Shown: positions 43,774-53,650, counted from the stretch's first letter. The stretch: 64,000 bases of DNA from an uncultured Holophagales bacterium (GCA_963842525.1 CAWJGT010000001.1:416001-480000), one strand, 5' to 3'. Translations and numbers: made by a program. The notes: generated by a model from the sequence alone, not told the origin.

Positions 43774-44018
43774 GCTGGGCCGCGCGGTTCTGAGAGCGGA
43801 AGGGTGCTAAAATAAAAGTGGGTGGCTCGGTTGCATTTCCGCACCGAAACGTGCGTGAGCCGTGAGATCTGCAAACACGACCGGCCCTCCTCGCTGAGGT
43901 GAACCGGCAACGGGAATGAGGTACCGCCAAGAAGGTTGGCCGGCTGGCAGCTGGTCAGCCGTATTGAGCTACTCAAACCTGCATGTAACCGGGCCGCCCA
44001 CTGATCAGAAGGTCGCCC

Positions 44019-44942
44019 TCAGGGGCGCTCGCGAAGTCTTTTCACCACCCGGCTGATCGCTTCGGCGGCACTGTTGAGCCCGGCTTCGTGAGGTTTGTAG
44101 AGGGTGACGGCTTTCTCCGGAACGGTTTGAAGGCTCGCGAACGGCGTTTCTTGCCAGTTGATGACCTGCCGCAGAAGCACTGGAACGACTGTCGCCGTCC
44201 CTTCCTTGGACCGCTCGAGGGCGCGCTTCATCTCCTTACCCCAAGAATAATCGGAAGCCACGAACAAGGGGCTGATCAGGAGGAGGATGAGATCGGCCTT
44301 CTCCAGGTTTTCGCTGATCTTGTCCTCCCAAGGCTCGCCGGCCATGATCCGATGATCGCTCCAGACCTCGATGAAGCCCTTTCGTTGCAGCACGCCCAGT
44401 TGCCGGTCGAGGGCCAGCCGCAGCTTTTCGTCCTTGTGGGCATAGCAACAGAAAATCCGGACCTTGCGGGCCGGCGATTCGCCCGCGGAGGTGCTCGGTA
44501 GGTCCTCATCCAGGTCTTCGGGATACGGGAAGAGCGGCTCAATCCCGCGGATCCTCCGCATCTGCTCCCGCAGGTCCGCGATCTCCCTGGGAGGCCCCGG
44601 GCCCGTTTTTTCGACCAGCCAGCGTTCCACCTGGTCCAGGCGCTGCCGGAGCACCGCAGGCCGGACAGGGTTGCTGTAGGTCCAGACGTCCCGCGCGAAC
44701 CTATTGACGACTGGAACGGGGTAGATCGTTCGCAGGAACCCGAGAGAGGAGATCGCCTGCATGACCTGGAGCATGTTCTCGACCAGCCGGGCGCGGCGCC
44801 GCGCGCTCGGATCGCGGATCGCCCTGAGGAGGGTCTGAGATCGGACGCTCTCGGGCCTGGTCAACAGGTCGACCATCTGGAAGAGCTGCGAGATGGCGAT
44901 CTGGACCACCCGGACGTCGGGCAGCACGGAGGGGGCTTCCAT
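44019..44942 (-). CDS. TIR-domain protein with unknown N-terminal domain
   Basis: IFCCYAHKD...WSD..I.AG..W...ADLILLLISPLF..S....KE....ER. Confidence 0.85.
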   Translation of the reverse strand: MEAPSVLPDVRVVQIAISQLFQMVDLLTRPESVRSQTLLRAIRDPSARRRARLVENMLQVMQAISSLGFLRTIYPVPVVNRFARDVWTYSNPVRPAVLRQRLDQVERWLVEKTGPGPPREIADLREQMRRIRGIEPLFPYPEDLDEDLPSTSAGESPARKVRIFCCYAHKDEKLRLALDRQLGVLQRKGFIEVWSDHRIMAGEPWEDKISENLEKADLILLLISPLFVASDYSWGKEMKRALERSKEGTATVVPVLLRQVINWQETPFASLQTVPEKAVTLYKPHEAGLNSAAEAISRVVKRLRERP

Positions 44943-44951
44943 ATTCTGATT

Positions 44952-45926
44952 TTATAGAACGGCTGCGGCCCCCGCGGCTTCCGGCAGCTCGGTCGCTGTC
45001 GAAGGCAGCGGGGAGGCCCCGTTCAGCTTGCTCTTGAGGGCGGCGTACTTGCCGTCCAACACCTCGAAGACGGCGGCGATCTGCTCCAGCCGCTGGTCGA
45101 GGTCCACGGTCCAATGCTCGTTCTTGACCGGCTCAAGCTTCAGGCCGTTCAAGCGGTAGGAGAGGGCGTCGAGGCGCATCGGATAGGTACCGACGTGGAT
45201 CTTGGCGGTCAGGATCTCGGCCCCCTCCTCCAGGTAGCGGAAGAGCTCGTCGAGCACGGCGCCGGTCAGGGACACCTTGGCTTCGCGGGTGGCGAGCCGG
45301 ACGCTGCCGGTCTCCGGCTCGACCATGACCTCGGGCTCCTCCAGGAGGGCGCGCAGGAACCGGCAGCCGAGGACCGACTGGCCGGGCTCCTTGGGGATCA
45401 CGACATCGCTCGCCTCGTCGGCCTCCGGGGCTTCGTCGAGCCAGGGGGCTTTGAAGTCGGCCTCCACCCCGGCCTGGCGGAGCAGCGTGAGGACGGTCCC
45501 CAGCCAGGTCTTGGCGGTGCTGGCCACATAGAGGATCGGCCCGTCGATGCAGCACTCGATGATCTTCGTCCGCGGCGCCTGGCGCGAGCAGAGCTCCGCT
45601 TCGGCCAGCTCCTTGAGCTTCTTGCGGGTTTTCGAGCCGACGAAGGGCTTGCCCGTCGCCTCGATCTCGGCCTTGACCAGCTCCTTGAGCCGCTCGTTGG
45701 CTCCTGTGGCGTCCGGCCGGATGCGGTCGATCCGCACGCGGAAGGCCCAGCGGCCCTGGGCGGCCTCATAGGGCGCCTCGATCTCGAACGGGATGAGCCC
45801 GATCCGTTCGCGCACCTCGGACCCCGGCTCGATGGCCCAGAACTGCGCGCGCTCGAAGTCCGGCCCCTCCGGCGGGACGGCGACGTTGAAGCGGGTAATG
45901 CTGACGGTACTGCTCAGAAGCCCCAT
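44952..45926 (-). CDS. RdgC-like recombination-associated protein
   Basis: MGLLSSTVSITRF, FRVRIDR, K.RKKLKE pattern of deltaproteobacterial-type RdgC-like proteins. Confidence 0.55.
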   Translation of the reverse strand: MGLLSSTVSITRFNVAVPPEGPDFERAQFWAIEPGSEVRERIGLIPFEIEAPYEAAQGRWAFRVRIDRIRPDATGANERLKELVKAEIEATGKPFVGSKTRKKLKELAEAELCSRQAPRTKIIECCIDGPILYVASTAKTWLGTVLTLLRQAGVEADFKAPWLDEAPEADEASDVVIPKEPGQSVLGCRFLRALLEEPEVMVEPETGSVRLATREAKVSLTGAVLDELFRYLEEGAEILTAKIHVGTYPMRLDALSYRLNGLKLEPVKNEHWTVDLDQRLEQIAAVFEVLDGKYAALKSKLNGASPLPSTATELPEAAGAAAVL

Positions 45927-45989
45927 GCTGCGGATCCTCCTCGACCTGGGTGGAGGAGGGATCTTAGCCCATTCGGAAGGTGGAGGCGT

Positions 45990-47339
45990 TTACGGATGCA
46001 ATCCAGGTGACGTCAAAGTCCGTGGCGGCCCGGGCGGGACCTCACCCCCTGTCCCCCTCTCCCATCTCCCTTCCATCCCCCGCCGGGAGAGGGGGGACGT
46101 GGCTGGGGAGTCGGTGGCGAGTCCGATGTCAGAAGATTTCGACGCACCGGGCTCTGGCCTCGTCTCGACCGCATCAACTGCGTTCCCCCTCTCCCGGGGG
46201 TGGACGGGTGGGAGATGGGAGAGGGGGACAGGGGGTGAGGTCTGCTCCGGCTGGCCCTCGGCCGTGGCCTCCCCGGGCTCGACCGGTGCCGCTTCGAGGC
46301 TCTCTGCCTCCACAGCCTCTTCACCCTCCAGGACGATCTCGTCTTCCATCTCTTCGAAGGCGACCTCTTCGTCTCCGGACGGCTCGTCGGCGAAAGGCTC
46401 TAACGTCTCCGGTCCCTCGAAGACCAGGACCTGGCCGGCCTGGATCTCGTCGGGCTCCGGGGCGAAGCCCTCGCCGGCGATCTCCTGGGTGAGCTCGGTT
46501 TCCTCCTCGACGAAGTCCCAATTCTGGACCGGCCCCGAGTCCAGCTCGCCCGAGAAGACGAAGCCGACGCTCTCGTCGGTATAGATCTCCTCGACCGTAT
46601 CGTCGGCCTGGACCCAGTCCGCCTGCGCCGTCGGATTCGCGGCACGCGTGCCGTACCACTCGCCCCGGATGGTGTCGCTGAGCACCGAGGATTCGAGGTA
46701 GTCGTCGAGAGTGAGCGGCGCCTGGGCGATGCTCTGCGCCTGCACGATGAGCTGGCCGAGCTGCGCGGCGGTCGTCTTATCTCCTGTTGCAGCGGCGTGA
46801 TCGCGGAGGGGCTCCAGCCGGCCGGCCAGGCGGGCCTGCTCGGCACGCATCCGCTCGAACCGCCGCCGCTCCTCGTCGTTGAGCGGCTTGCCGGTGCGGA
46901 AGCGCACCCATTCCGGGCCATAGCGGTTCCTGAGCTGCCGGTAGGCGGCCGAGAGCGTCCGCATCTCCTGGTCCATCTGATCCATGCGGGGGTCGCGGTC
47001 GCCGATCCGCGCCCAGACCGTCCCGAGCTGCGCCAGCGCCACGCTGCCGGACCGCAGGGCCCGGAAGAACGACAGGTCCCGCCGTGTCAGCGAGGTGCCC
47101 ACGTCGAAGAGGGACGCCTGCATCCGGTCCATCGACATCCAGAAGGCGCCGCCGCGAGGGTCGCGCCGGTCGAGCTTGCCATGGGCCGCCCGGGCGGTCT
47201 GTGACCAGGCCCGCTCCGCAATCCGGACCAGCTTCCTCGCATTGACCCGAGGAGCCTTTTGCGCGCCGGCAGCGGGCGTCAGGCCCACGGCGAGCAGGCA
47301 CAGGCAGCACAGGATGCGCGAAGCTCTCGAACGGAACAT
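45990..47339 (-). CDS. Secreted hypothetical protein with acidic tail and in-frame REP-derived C-terminus
   Basis: Signal peptide (...TPAAGA-Q); Glu-rich tail; frame open across 46040-46240. Confidence 0.7.
   Translation of the reverse strand: MFRSRASRILCCLCLLAVGLTPAAGAQKAPRVNARKLVRIAERAWSQTARAAHGKLDRRDPRGGAFWMSMDRMQASLFDVGTSLTRRDLSFFRALRSGSVALAQLGTVWARIGDRDPRMDQMDQEMRTLSAAYRQLRNRYGPEWVRFRTGKPLNDEERRRFERMRAEQARLAGRLEPLRDHAAATGDKTTAAQLGQLIVQAQSIAQAPLTLDDYLESSVLSDTIRGEWYGTRAANPTAQADWVQADDTVEEIYTDESVGFVFSGELDSGPVQNWDFVEEETELTQEIAGEGFAPEPDEIQAGQVLVFEGPETLEPFADEPSGDEEVAFEEMEDEIVLEGEEAVEAESLEAAPVEPGEATAEGQPEQTSPPVPLSHLPPVHPRERGNAVDAVETRPEPGASKSSDIGLATDSPATSPLSRRGMEGRWERGTGGEVPPGPPRTLTSPGLHP
46040..46240. 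repeat. BIME-like inverted pair of REP elements (family A)
   Basis: CCTCACCCCCTGTCCCCCTCTCCCATCTCCC ... GGGAGATGGGAGAGGGGGACAGGGGGTGAGG. Confidence 0.85.
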
Positions 47340-47586
47340 GCCTAAAGATCTCCCAGAGATCTGGACACAGCCTCTCTGTCCATCATACGGATCAGGGTAG
47401 CACGGCGTTGGATGGGATGAGGAGCAGGAGCACGGTCCGGAAAACGAACGACGGCGCCGGTGCGGGATCACCGGCGCCGTCGATCAAACTCAAAATAGGA
47501 GAAAGACCATGCGCGCGGAATACTACCCGGTCGGCCCCGCTTTGGGAAGCCCCCTTTCGCGGCGGGCCGCACGCCAGGGCGGGGGC

Positions 47587-48627
47587 TCAGCGGCTCGCGC
47601 CCGGCTCGGCGAACTCGAACATCATCTCGGTCCACATCTTGACCGGCGTGTCGCCGCGGGTGGCCGGCTGGAACTTGACCCGGCGGGCCGCGGCCAGGGC
47701 GGTCTCATTGAACCCGAGGCCGGAGTCGTCCCCCTCGCTCACGACCGCCTCCAGGACGCGGCCCCGTTCGTCGACCAGCAGGTCGACCCGCACCAGGACT
47801 TCTTCCAGGGACTGCCCGCGGGCGGCATCCGGATACCGGTAGTTCGGGATGTCCAGAGGGATCGGCGGGGACACCCCGGGCCCGGGCCGGACTCCGCCCT
47901 CCCGCACGAGCGGAGGCCGGTATGCCGGGACGGAGCGGGCAACCTTCGTGCCCGGCTCCTCGCGCACTTCGCGGTCGACCGGCGCGGCAGGTTGCGACGA
48001 CGGAGGGGTGGTAGGGAGCGCGGCCCTCGGCGGCTCGGCGCGCACCGGAGGTGGAGGCTCCGGCTCGCCGCCGGTGATTTCTTCGACCAGGGTCGGCTCC
48101 ATGGGCGCCGAGGCCTCCAGGTCAGGATCCGCCTCGTCCCCGGCCGGCTCTCCCTCCTCCACGAGCACCGGTTCGGACAGATCCTCGGACGCCCCCTCGT
48201 CCACCGGCAGGGAAGATGGCTCCTCGATGACGATCTCTTCGGAAGAGTCCCGCCCGGAGCCTGCCAGCCGGAAATCCGAAGTCACCGCGTACAGGCCGAC
48301 CAGACCCAGGATGACGGCCAGGCAGACCCCTGCCAGGAGGAACAGGGCGACCTTCCCGCCGGGGCGTGGAGCTGCTGAAGGCGGTGGTGGCTCCGGCTCG
48401 GGCGTCCGGGCGTCTTCGGGGAGGGGATCGTAGAGCATCCGTCCGCGCTCTCGCTTGGGGGCGTCCCAGGCGCCCTGGTCGGTCCCACCGCGCCCTTCCG
48501 GGGGCCGGAGGAAGAGCTCCGGCTCGCGGTCCGGCTGCTGGCGCGGTCGGACGTCCGGCGCGGAATCCCCGCGGGACGGCTTCTTGTAGAAGGGCTCCTG
48601 GTGCTCGTCGTCCTCGTCGAACCGCAT
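47587..48627 (-). CDS. TonB C-terminal domain protein
   Basis: Single TM, Pro/Glu-rich linker, YPDAAR...VDERGRV...ALAAAR..KFQPA. Confidence 0.85.
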   Translation of the reverse strand: MRFDEDDEHQEPFYKKPSRGDSAPDVRPRQQPDREPELFLRPPEGRGGTDQGAWDAPKRERGRMLYDPLPEDARTPEPEPPPPSAAPRPGGKVALFLLAGVCLAVILGLVGLYAVTSDFRLAGSGRDSSEEIVIEEPSSLPVDEGASEDLSEPVLVEEGEPAGDEADPDLEASAPMEPTLVEEITGGEPEPPPPVRAEPPRAALPTTPPSSQPAAPVDREVREEPGTKVARSVPAYRPPLVREGGVRPGPGVSPPIPLDIPNYRYPDAARGQSLEEVLVRVDLLVDERGRVLEAVVSEGDDSGLGFNETALAAARRVKFQPATRGDTPVKMWTEMMFEFAEPGASR

Positions 48628-48730
48628 GCGCCACCTCCAGGGTCCAGGATAGACCCCGTTTTGGGAAATCTCAAGCGGCTCAAGGACTTGCCGCAGGGCT
48701 CCGTCAACGTCGGTGGTGGCTTGGGCGTGA

Positions 48731-48925
48731 CCTCACCCCCTGTCCCCCTCTCCCATCTCCCTCCCTTCCCCCGGGAGAGGGGGAACGTCGCTGAGGCGGT
48801 ATGCGCGAGTCCCTGGCAAACCTATCTGTGGAATGTTCGCCTCGACCTCGCCTCGAACGCTCCGCCTGCGTCCCCCCTCTCCCGGTCGGGGGGAGGGAGA
48901 TGGGAGAGGGGGACAGGGGGTGAGG
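48731..48925. repeat. BIME-like inverted pair of REP elements (family A)
   Basis: Same ~31-bp terminal inverted arms as 46040-46240, different spacer. Confidence 0.85.
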
Positions 48926-48939
48926 TTCCGCCGGCGCCC

Positions 48940-51900
48940 CTACACCCCGAAATACCGCGCGTCCGGATGGTGGAAGACCAGCGCGGAGACGCTCGCCTCG
49001 GGGTCCATCATGTCGCCTTCGGTCAGCTCGACGCCGATCTCCTCAGGCCGCAGAGCTTCGAAGAGGCCGCGCTGGAATGCCAGATCAGGACAGGCCGGAT
49101 AGCCGAAGCTGTAGCGCTTGCCGCGATAGCGGGCGGCGAGCTTGTCTTCGAACGGCATGTCCGCCGGGTCGGGGAAGCCCCAGTCGGCGCGCAGCCGGGC
49201 ATGGAGGTACTCGGCGGCGGCCTCGGCGGTCTCCAGGGCCAGGGCGGCAAAGGCATGGCTCTTCAGGTACTCGCCCTTGTGCTTCCACTCCTCGACCCTT
49301 TCGCGGATGCCGTCGCCGGCCGTGGTGACGAACAGGGCGACGTGGTCCTCCGGCAGGACGAAGTCGGTCAGGCAGAGGCCGCCGTTGCGGCTCTGGCGCG
49401 GGAAGTCCCAGCCGGTGATCGGCCGGCCGGTCCCGGGGCAGATCAGGGTCAGACGGTCCCCCTGCGCCTGGGCGGGGAAGAAGCGCCAGACGGCCCGGGC
49501 GGTCATGGCTCCGTCGCGGGCGAGGTCCTTGAGCTCCTCGATCACCGCTTCCAGCTTGGCGAGCTTGGGATCGCCTTCCTCCTTGAGCCTGCGCACCGAG
49601 CCCTTGAGGCCCAGGTGCTTGCCGTAGACCATCTGCGGATTGAGGTAGGCCCAGACCTCGTCGAGGTTCAGCTCCTCGGTGTGCCGGAGGACGTCCGGCG
49701 GCTGCGGCACGGGGAGGTCTCTCCGCACGGTGTGGATCGCGGGCGCTACGCCTTCGGACGGTTCGGCGGCCCCGGTGCCGGCTTCCACGGTGTCGGTCGC
49801 GATCAGGCCGGCGACCTCCTGCTCCAGGTCGGAGCGGACCGCCGGGTCGAGCAGGCGCTCGACGAGCTTCAGGCCGTGCATCGCGTCCCGGGCGTAGGTG
49901 CAGAGGCTGCCGTAGGCCGGGGCGATCTTGCGGTGGGTGAAACGCCGGGTCAGGGCCGCACCGCCGACGAGCAGAGGAATGGCGATCCCCGCCGCCGCGA
50001 GGTCGCTCGCCGTGAGCACCATCTGCTGGGCGCTCTTGACCAGCAGGCCCGAGAGGCCGATCACGTCCGGCTTGTGCTCCCAGACCGCCTGGATCAGCCG
50101 CTCCGACGGGACCTTGATCCCCAGGTTGACCACCTGGAAGCCGTTGTTCGAGAGGACGATGTCCACCAGGTTCTTGCCGATGTCGTGGACGTCTCCCTTG
50201 ACCGTGGCGAGGATCACCCGGCCGCGCCCCGCGTCGCCGGCCTTCTCCATGTGCGGCTCGAGCTGGGAGACCGCCGCCTTCATCACCTCGGCGCTCTGCA
50301 GCACCTCGGCGACGATGAGCTGGTTCTCGTTGAAGAGGCGGCCGACCTCGGACATGCCGGCCATGAGCGGCCCGTTGATGATGTCGAGCGGCGCCGGCCA
50401 GCGCGGATCGGCGAGGGCCTCGTCGAGGTCCTTCTCCAGCCCCACCTTGCTCCCCTCGACCACGGCGCGGGCGAGGCGCTCGTCGAGCGGCAGATCGGCC
50501 CGCGGCTTCGCGCCAATCCCAGACGCCCTGCCCCGGAAGTGGGCGGTGAAGGCCTCGACGGCCTGGTTGCCCGCTTCGATATCCCCTACCGGCAGGTAGA
50601 TCAGGGCCTCGGCCAGGTCTCGCTCCTCCTGCGGGATCTCGGAGTAGCGCGCCAGCTTCTCGGTGTTGACGATCGCCGCGTCGAGCCCGGCCTTGGTGCA
50701 GTGGTAGAGGAAGACCGAGTTGAGGACCTCGCGGCCGGCGTTGGGCAGGCCGAAGCTGACGTTCGAGACGCCCAGGATCGTCTTGGTGTCGGGGAAGATC
50801 TCCTTGACGCTGCGCACCCCTTCGATGGTCTGCGCCGCCGAGCCGAGATAGGCGGCGTCGCCCGTGCCGCAGGGGAAGACCAGGGCGTCCCACCAGATGT
50901 CCTCGGGAGCGATCCCCATCTCCTCGACCAGGATCTGGTAGCTGCGGCGGGCGACCTCGATCTTGCGCTCGACGGTGACGGCCATCCCCTTTTCGTCGAT
51001 CAGGCCCACGATCAGGGCGGCGCCGAAGCGCTTGGCCAGCGGGACGACCTTCTCGAAGCGGCTGCGGCCGTCCTCCAGGTTGATCGAGTTGAGGACCGCC
51101 TTGCCCTGGCAATAGGTAAGGGCACGCTCCATGACCGCGGCATCGGTCGAATCGATCATCAGCGGGGCCTTGACCATGCGGATCAGGCGGTCGAGGAAGG
51201 CCTCGACGTCGGCCGTCTCGTCGCGGTCCGGGTCCTGGAGGCAGACGTCGAGCACCTGCGCCTGGGCGCGCACCTGGGCGCGGCCCACCTCGGCGGCGGC
51301 CTCGTAGTTCCCGTCCGCGATAAGCCGCTTGAACTTGCGGCTTCCGAGGACGTTGGTGCGCTCGCCGACCAGAAGCGGCCGGTTGTCCGGCGTCAGCTCG
51401 ACCGCCTCCAGACCCGAGACCAGAGAGCGGTGGTGGTGGGGGATGCGGCGCGGCGGCAGGCCCTTGACCAGCTCGGCCAGGGCGGTCACATGGGCTGCCG
51501 TGGTGCCGCAACAGCCGCCCACCAGGTTGAGCCAGCCGGCGTCGAGGAAGCGGGAGAAGACCTTGACGAAGGTGTCCGGGCCCTCGTGATAACGCCCATC
51601 CTCGTCCGGCAGGCCGGCGTTGGGGACGCAGGCGGTGCGGGTGCGGCAGATCTCCGACAGGGTCCGCAGATGGTCGGCCATCAGGTCCGGACCGGTGGCG
51701 CAATTGAGGCCCACGTAGAGGAGATCGGCGTGCAGCAGCGAGACGGCGAGCGCCTCGGCGTCCTGGCCGCCGAGCATGGTGCCGGTGGTCTCGATGGTGA
51801 CCGAGACGGCGACCGGAATTTTCCAACCCGCCTGGGCGAAGGCCCTCTCGAGGCCGATCAGGCCGGCCTTGACGTTGCGCGTGTCCTGCTGGGTCTCGAG

Positions 51901-52440
51901 CAGCAGATAGTCGGAGCCGCCGGCCATCAGCCCCAGGGCCTGGACGCGGAAGTGCTCGATCAGCTCCTCGAAGGTGATGCCGCCGGTCACCGAGATGGCC
52001 TTGGTGGTCGGTCCCATGGAGCCGCAGACGAAGCGGATGCGCTCCGGCGTGTCGTGCCGGGCGCAGGCGGCGCGGGCGATGCGGGCCGAGGCGGCGTTGA
52101 GCTCGTAGGCCTCGTGCGCCAAATCGTATTCGGCGAGCACCAGCGGCGTGCCGCCGAACGAGTTGGTCTCGACGACGTCGCAGCCAGCGGAGAGGTATCC
52201 CTCGTGCACGCCGTCGACCACGTCGGGCCGCGTGGCGTTGAGGTTCTCATTGCACCCTTCGAGGTCCGGCCCGCCGAAGTCCTCGGCGGTCAGGTGGACG
52301 CCCTGGAGCGCAGTGCCGGTGGCGCCGTCGAGGACAAGGATGCGCTGCTCCAGCGCCGCGAGCAGGGCCGACGTCCGCGCCTCGAGGTCGGCGGGCCGAG
52401 AGGGAATGGGGGTGTCGAAGATCGAATCGCTCGCAGCCAT
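48940..52440 (-). CDS. metH: Cobalamin-dependent methionine synthase
   Basis: LDGATGT, GGCCGT, GERTN pterin domain, VKGDVHDIGKN B12 motif, RYSFGYPACP. Confidence 0.97.
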   Translation of the reverse strand: MAASDSIFDTPIPSRPADLEARTSALLAALEQRILVLDGATGTALQGVHLTAEDFGGPDLEGCNENLNATRPDVVDGVHEGYLSAGCDVVETNSFGGTPLVLAEYDLAHEAYELNAASARIARAACARHDTPERIRFVCGSMGPTTKAISVTGGITFEELIEHFRVQALGLMAGGSDYLLLETQQDTRNVKAGLIGLERAFAQAGWKIPVAVSVTIETTGTMLGGQDAEALAVSLLHADLLYVGLNCATGPDLMADHLRTLSEICRTRTACVPNAGLPDEDGRYHEGPDTFVKVFSRFLDAGWLNLVGGCCGTTAAHVTALAELVKGLPPRRIPHHHRSLVSGLEAVELTPDNRPLLVGERTNVLGSRKFKRLIADGNYEAAAEVGRAQVRAQAQVLDVCLQDPDRDETADVEAFLDRLIRMVKAPLMIDSTDAAVMERALTYCQGKAVLNSINLEDGRSRFEKVVPLAKRFGAALIVGLIDEKGMAVTVERKIEVARRSYQILVEEMGIAPEDIWWDALVFPCGTGDAAYLGSAAQTIEGVRSVKEIFPDTKTILGVSNVSFGLPNAGREVLNSVFLYHCTKAGLDAAIVNTEKLARYSEIPQEERDLAEALIYLPVGDIEAGNQAVEAFTAHFRGRASGIGAKPRADLPLDERLARAVVEGSKVGLEKDLDEALADPRWPAPLDIINGPLMAGMSEVGRLFNENQLIVAEVLQSAEVMKAAVSQLEPHMEKAGDAGRGRVILATVKGDVHDIGKNLVDIVLSNNGFQVVNLGIKVPSERLIQAVWEHKPDVIGLSGLLVKSAQQMVLTASDLAAAGIAIPLLVGGAALTRRFTHRKIAPAYGSLCTYARDAMHGLKLVERLLDPAVRSDLEQEVAGLIATDTVEAGTGAAEPSEGVAPAIHTVRRDLPVPQPPDVLRHTEELNLDEVWAYLNPQMVYGKHLGLKGSVRRLKEEGDPKLAKLEAVIEELKDLARDGAMTARAVWRFFPAQAQGDRLTLICPGTGRPITGWDFPRQSRNGGLCLTDFVLPEDHVALFVTTAGDGIRERVEEWKHKGEYLKSHAFAALALETAEAAAEYLHARLRADWGFPDPADMPFEDKLAARYRGKRYSFGYPACPDLAFQRGLFEALRPEEIGVELTEGDMMDPEASVSALVFHHPDARYFGV

Positions 52441-52463
52441 CTCTGTCTTTGTCTCCCGGAAAT

Positions 52464-52642
52464 GAAAAACCCGCCTCGTTTTGCATTACGAGAGCGGGTC
52501 TTCCCACCGGACATTTGATTGCCGCCCCTGTCGGAAGGGAGGCCGCATCCTCGCGCATTCGCGCGAGAGGGCACCTTGGGTGTCCGCCCCAGGTTGCCGA
52601 GCCCGGTTCTCTTCCCATCAGAAGCCGGGCCGCTCGTAATGC
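52464..52642 (-). promoter_or_regulatory. SAM riboswitch (SAM-I/IV-like) with terminator/antiterminator
   Basis: Minus strand GCAUUACGAG...CGGCAACC...AAGGUGCC...AUGC, extra 3' stem, then GACCCGC...GCGGGUUUUU; CUCGUAAUGC in the hairpin complements the 5' end; directly upstream of metH. Confidence 0.85.
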
Positions 52643-52674
52643 GAGAAGCAGCGTAGATCAGGCGGCTGTGGATG

Positions 52675-53088
52675 TCAACGGCGGGTCTTCGACTGATCAG
52701 GCGTTATCAGATGGTCCCGAATCCACCCCGCCAGATCCTGCTCGGTCAACCGACCCTCTGCCAGACGGAGGAAGGTGAGGTATTTATCCTCTTGGGGCGC
52801 GTCGAGATCTTGTCCGTTCAGCTTCAGAAAGGTGCGGCAGACCACATAGGCCGTGCGCTTGTTGCCGTCTACGAAGGGATGGTTCCGGACGAGCCCCCAG
52901 GCGTACGAAGCAGCCAACAGGGCGACATCCGGCTCTTCCGCGGAGTACGCAAGGAGGTTCTTCGGCCGCGCCAGAGCAGAATCCAGGAGGCCTGGATCGC
53001 GAATGCCCTCGCTGCCACCGTGCTCGGCCAGTTGGCGGCGATGGATGGCCAGCACCACGTCATCGCGGACCCAGACCGGCTCGTCCAT
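52675..53088 (-). CDS. Doc/Fic family toxin
   Basis: HPFVDGNKRTA Fic motif; GIRDPGLLDSALARP. Confidence 0.95.
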   Translation of the reverse strand: MDEPVWVRDDVVLAIHRRQLAEHGGSEGIRDPGLLDSALARPKNLLAYSAEEPDVALLAASYAWGLVRNHPFVDGNKRTAYVVCRTFLKLNGQDLDAPQEDKYLTFLRLAEGRLTEQDLAGWIRDHLITPDQSKTRR

Positions 53089-53093
53089 GAGGG

Positions 53094-53315
53094 CTATTCG
53101 GCGAGCTTCCGCAGCACGTTGCGGTCTTCGCGCATCACGCGCTCGGCTATCTCCATCTGGGCTGCGAATTCCGGGTCATAGGGAGTCAGCTCGATGCCGG
53201 TAGGTGTCTCGATGACATAGAGCGTATCCCCACGATCCACTCGCAGGTGCTGCAGAATCTCCTTCGGCAGGACAACGCCCGTTGAATTGCCAATCGTGGT
53301 GAGCTTCAGGGTCAT
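53094..53315 (-). CDS. AbrB/MazE family antitoxin
   Basis: LKLTTIGNSTGVVLPKE. Confidence 0.92.
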   Translation of the reverse strand: MTLKLTTIGNSTGVVLPKEILQHLRVDRGDTLYVIETPTGIELTPYDPEFAAQMEIAERVMREDRNVLRKLAE

Positions 53316-53337
53316 TGCGCGCCTCCTCGAAGCAGGA

Positions 53338-53355
53338 TTATAACAGAAGTTATAA
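53338..53355. promoter_or_regulatory. Palindromic operator of the AbrB-Doc operon
   Basis: TTATAAC-agaa-GTTATAA perfect inverted repeat 23 bp upstream of the start. Confidence 0.65.
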
Positions 53356-53398
53356 CCGTCTTGGAACCGAAATCCGCGCGATCGGGGCCGGCCGACGT

Positions 53399-53650
53399 GT
53401 GACCGGGAGCGCGGTCTGCGTCACCGGTCTCGCGGTCCCTATGATGCGGACCGCGAAACACGTTGCCGACCTGCGGCCCCAGTCACAGGGACCGCGGTCC
53501 GTGTGACTGGGATCATGATCGCTGTGACTGGACTCATGGTCCGCCTGACTGGACGCATAGTCCCCGTCACAGGGACCGGAAGACAGCAACAGGTCTTGCG
53601 ATCCGGATCACAGGGACCGCGAAGCCAGCGACAGGGACCGCAGTCCGCGG
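53399..53650. repeat. Degenerate 21-bp tandem repeat, about 12 units
   Basis: Recurring CACAGGGACCGC / TGACTGG at ~21-nt spacing. Confidence 0.65.

Noticed and set aside
48601-52518. 1305-aa plus-strand ORF and 913-aa alternate-frame ORF
   Set aside because: Shadow frames of metH with no protein motifs.
53399-53650. Possible CRISPR array
   Set aside because: Contiguous degenerate 21-mers without unique spacers; no cas genes.
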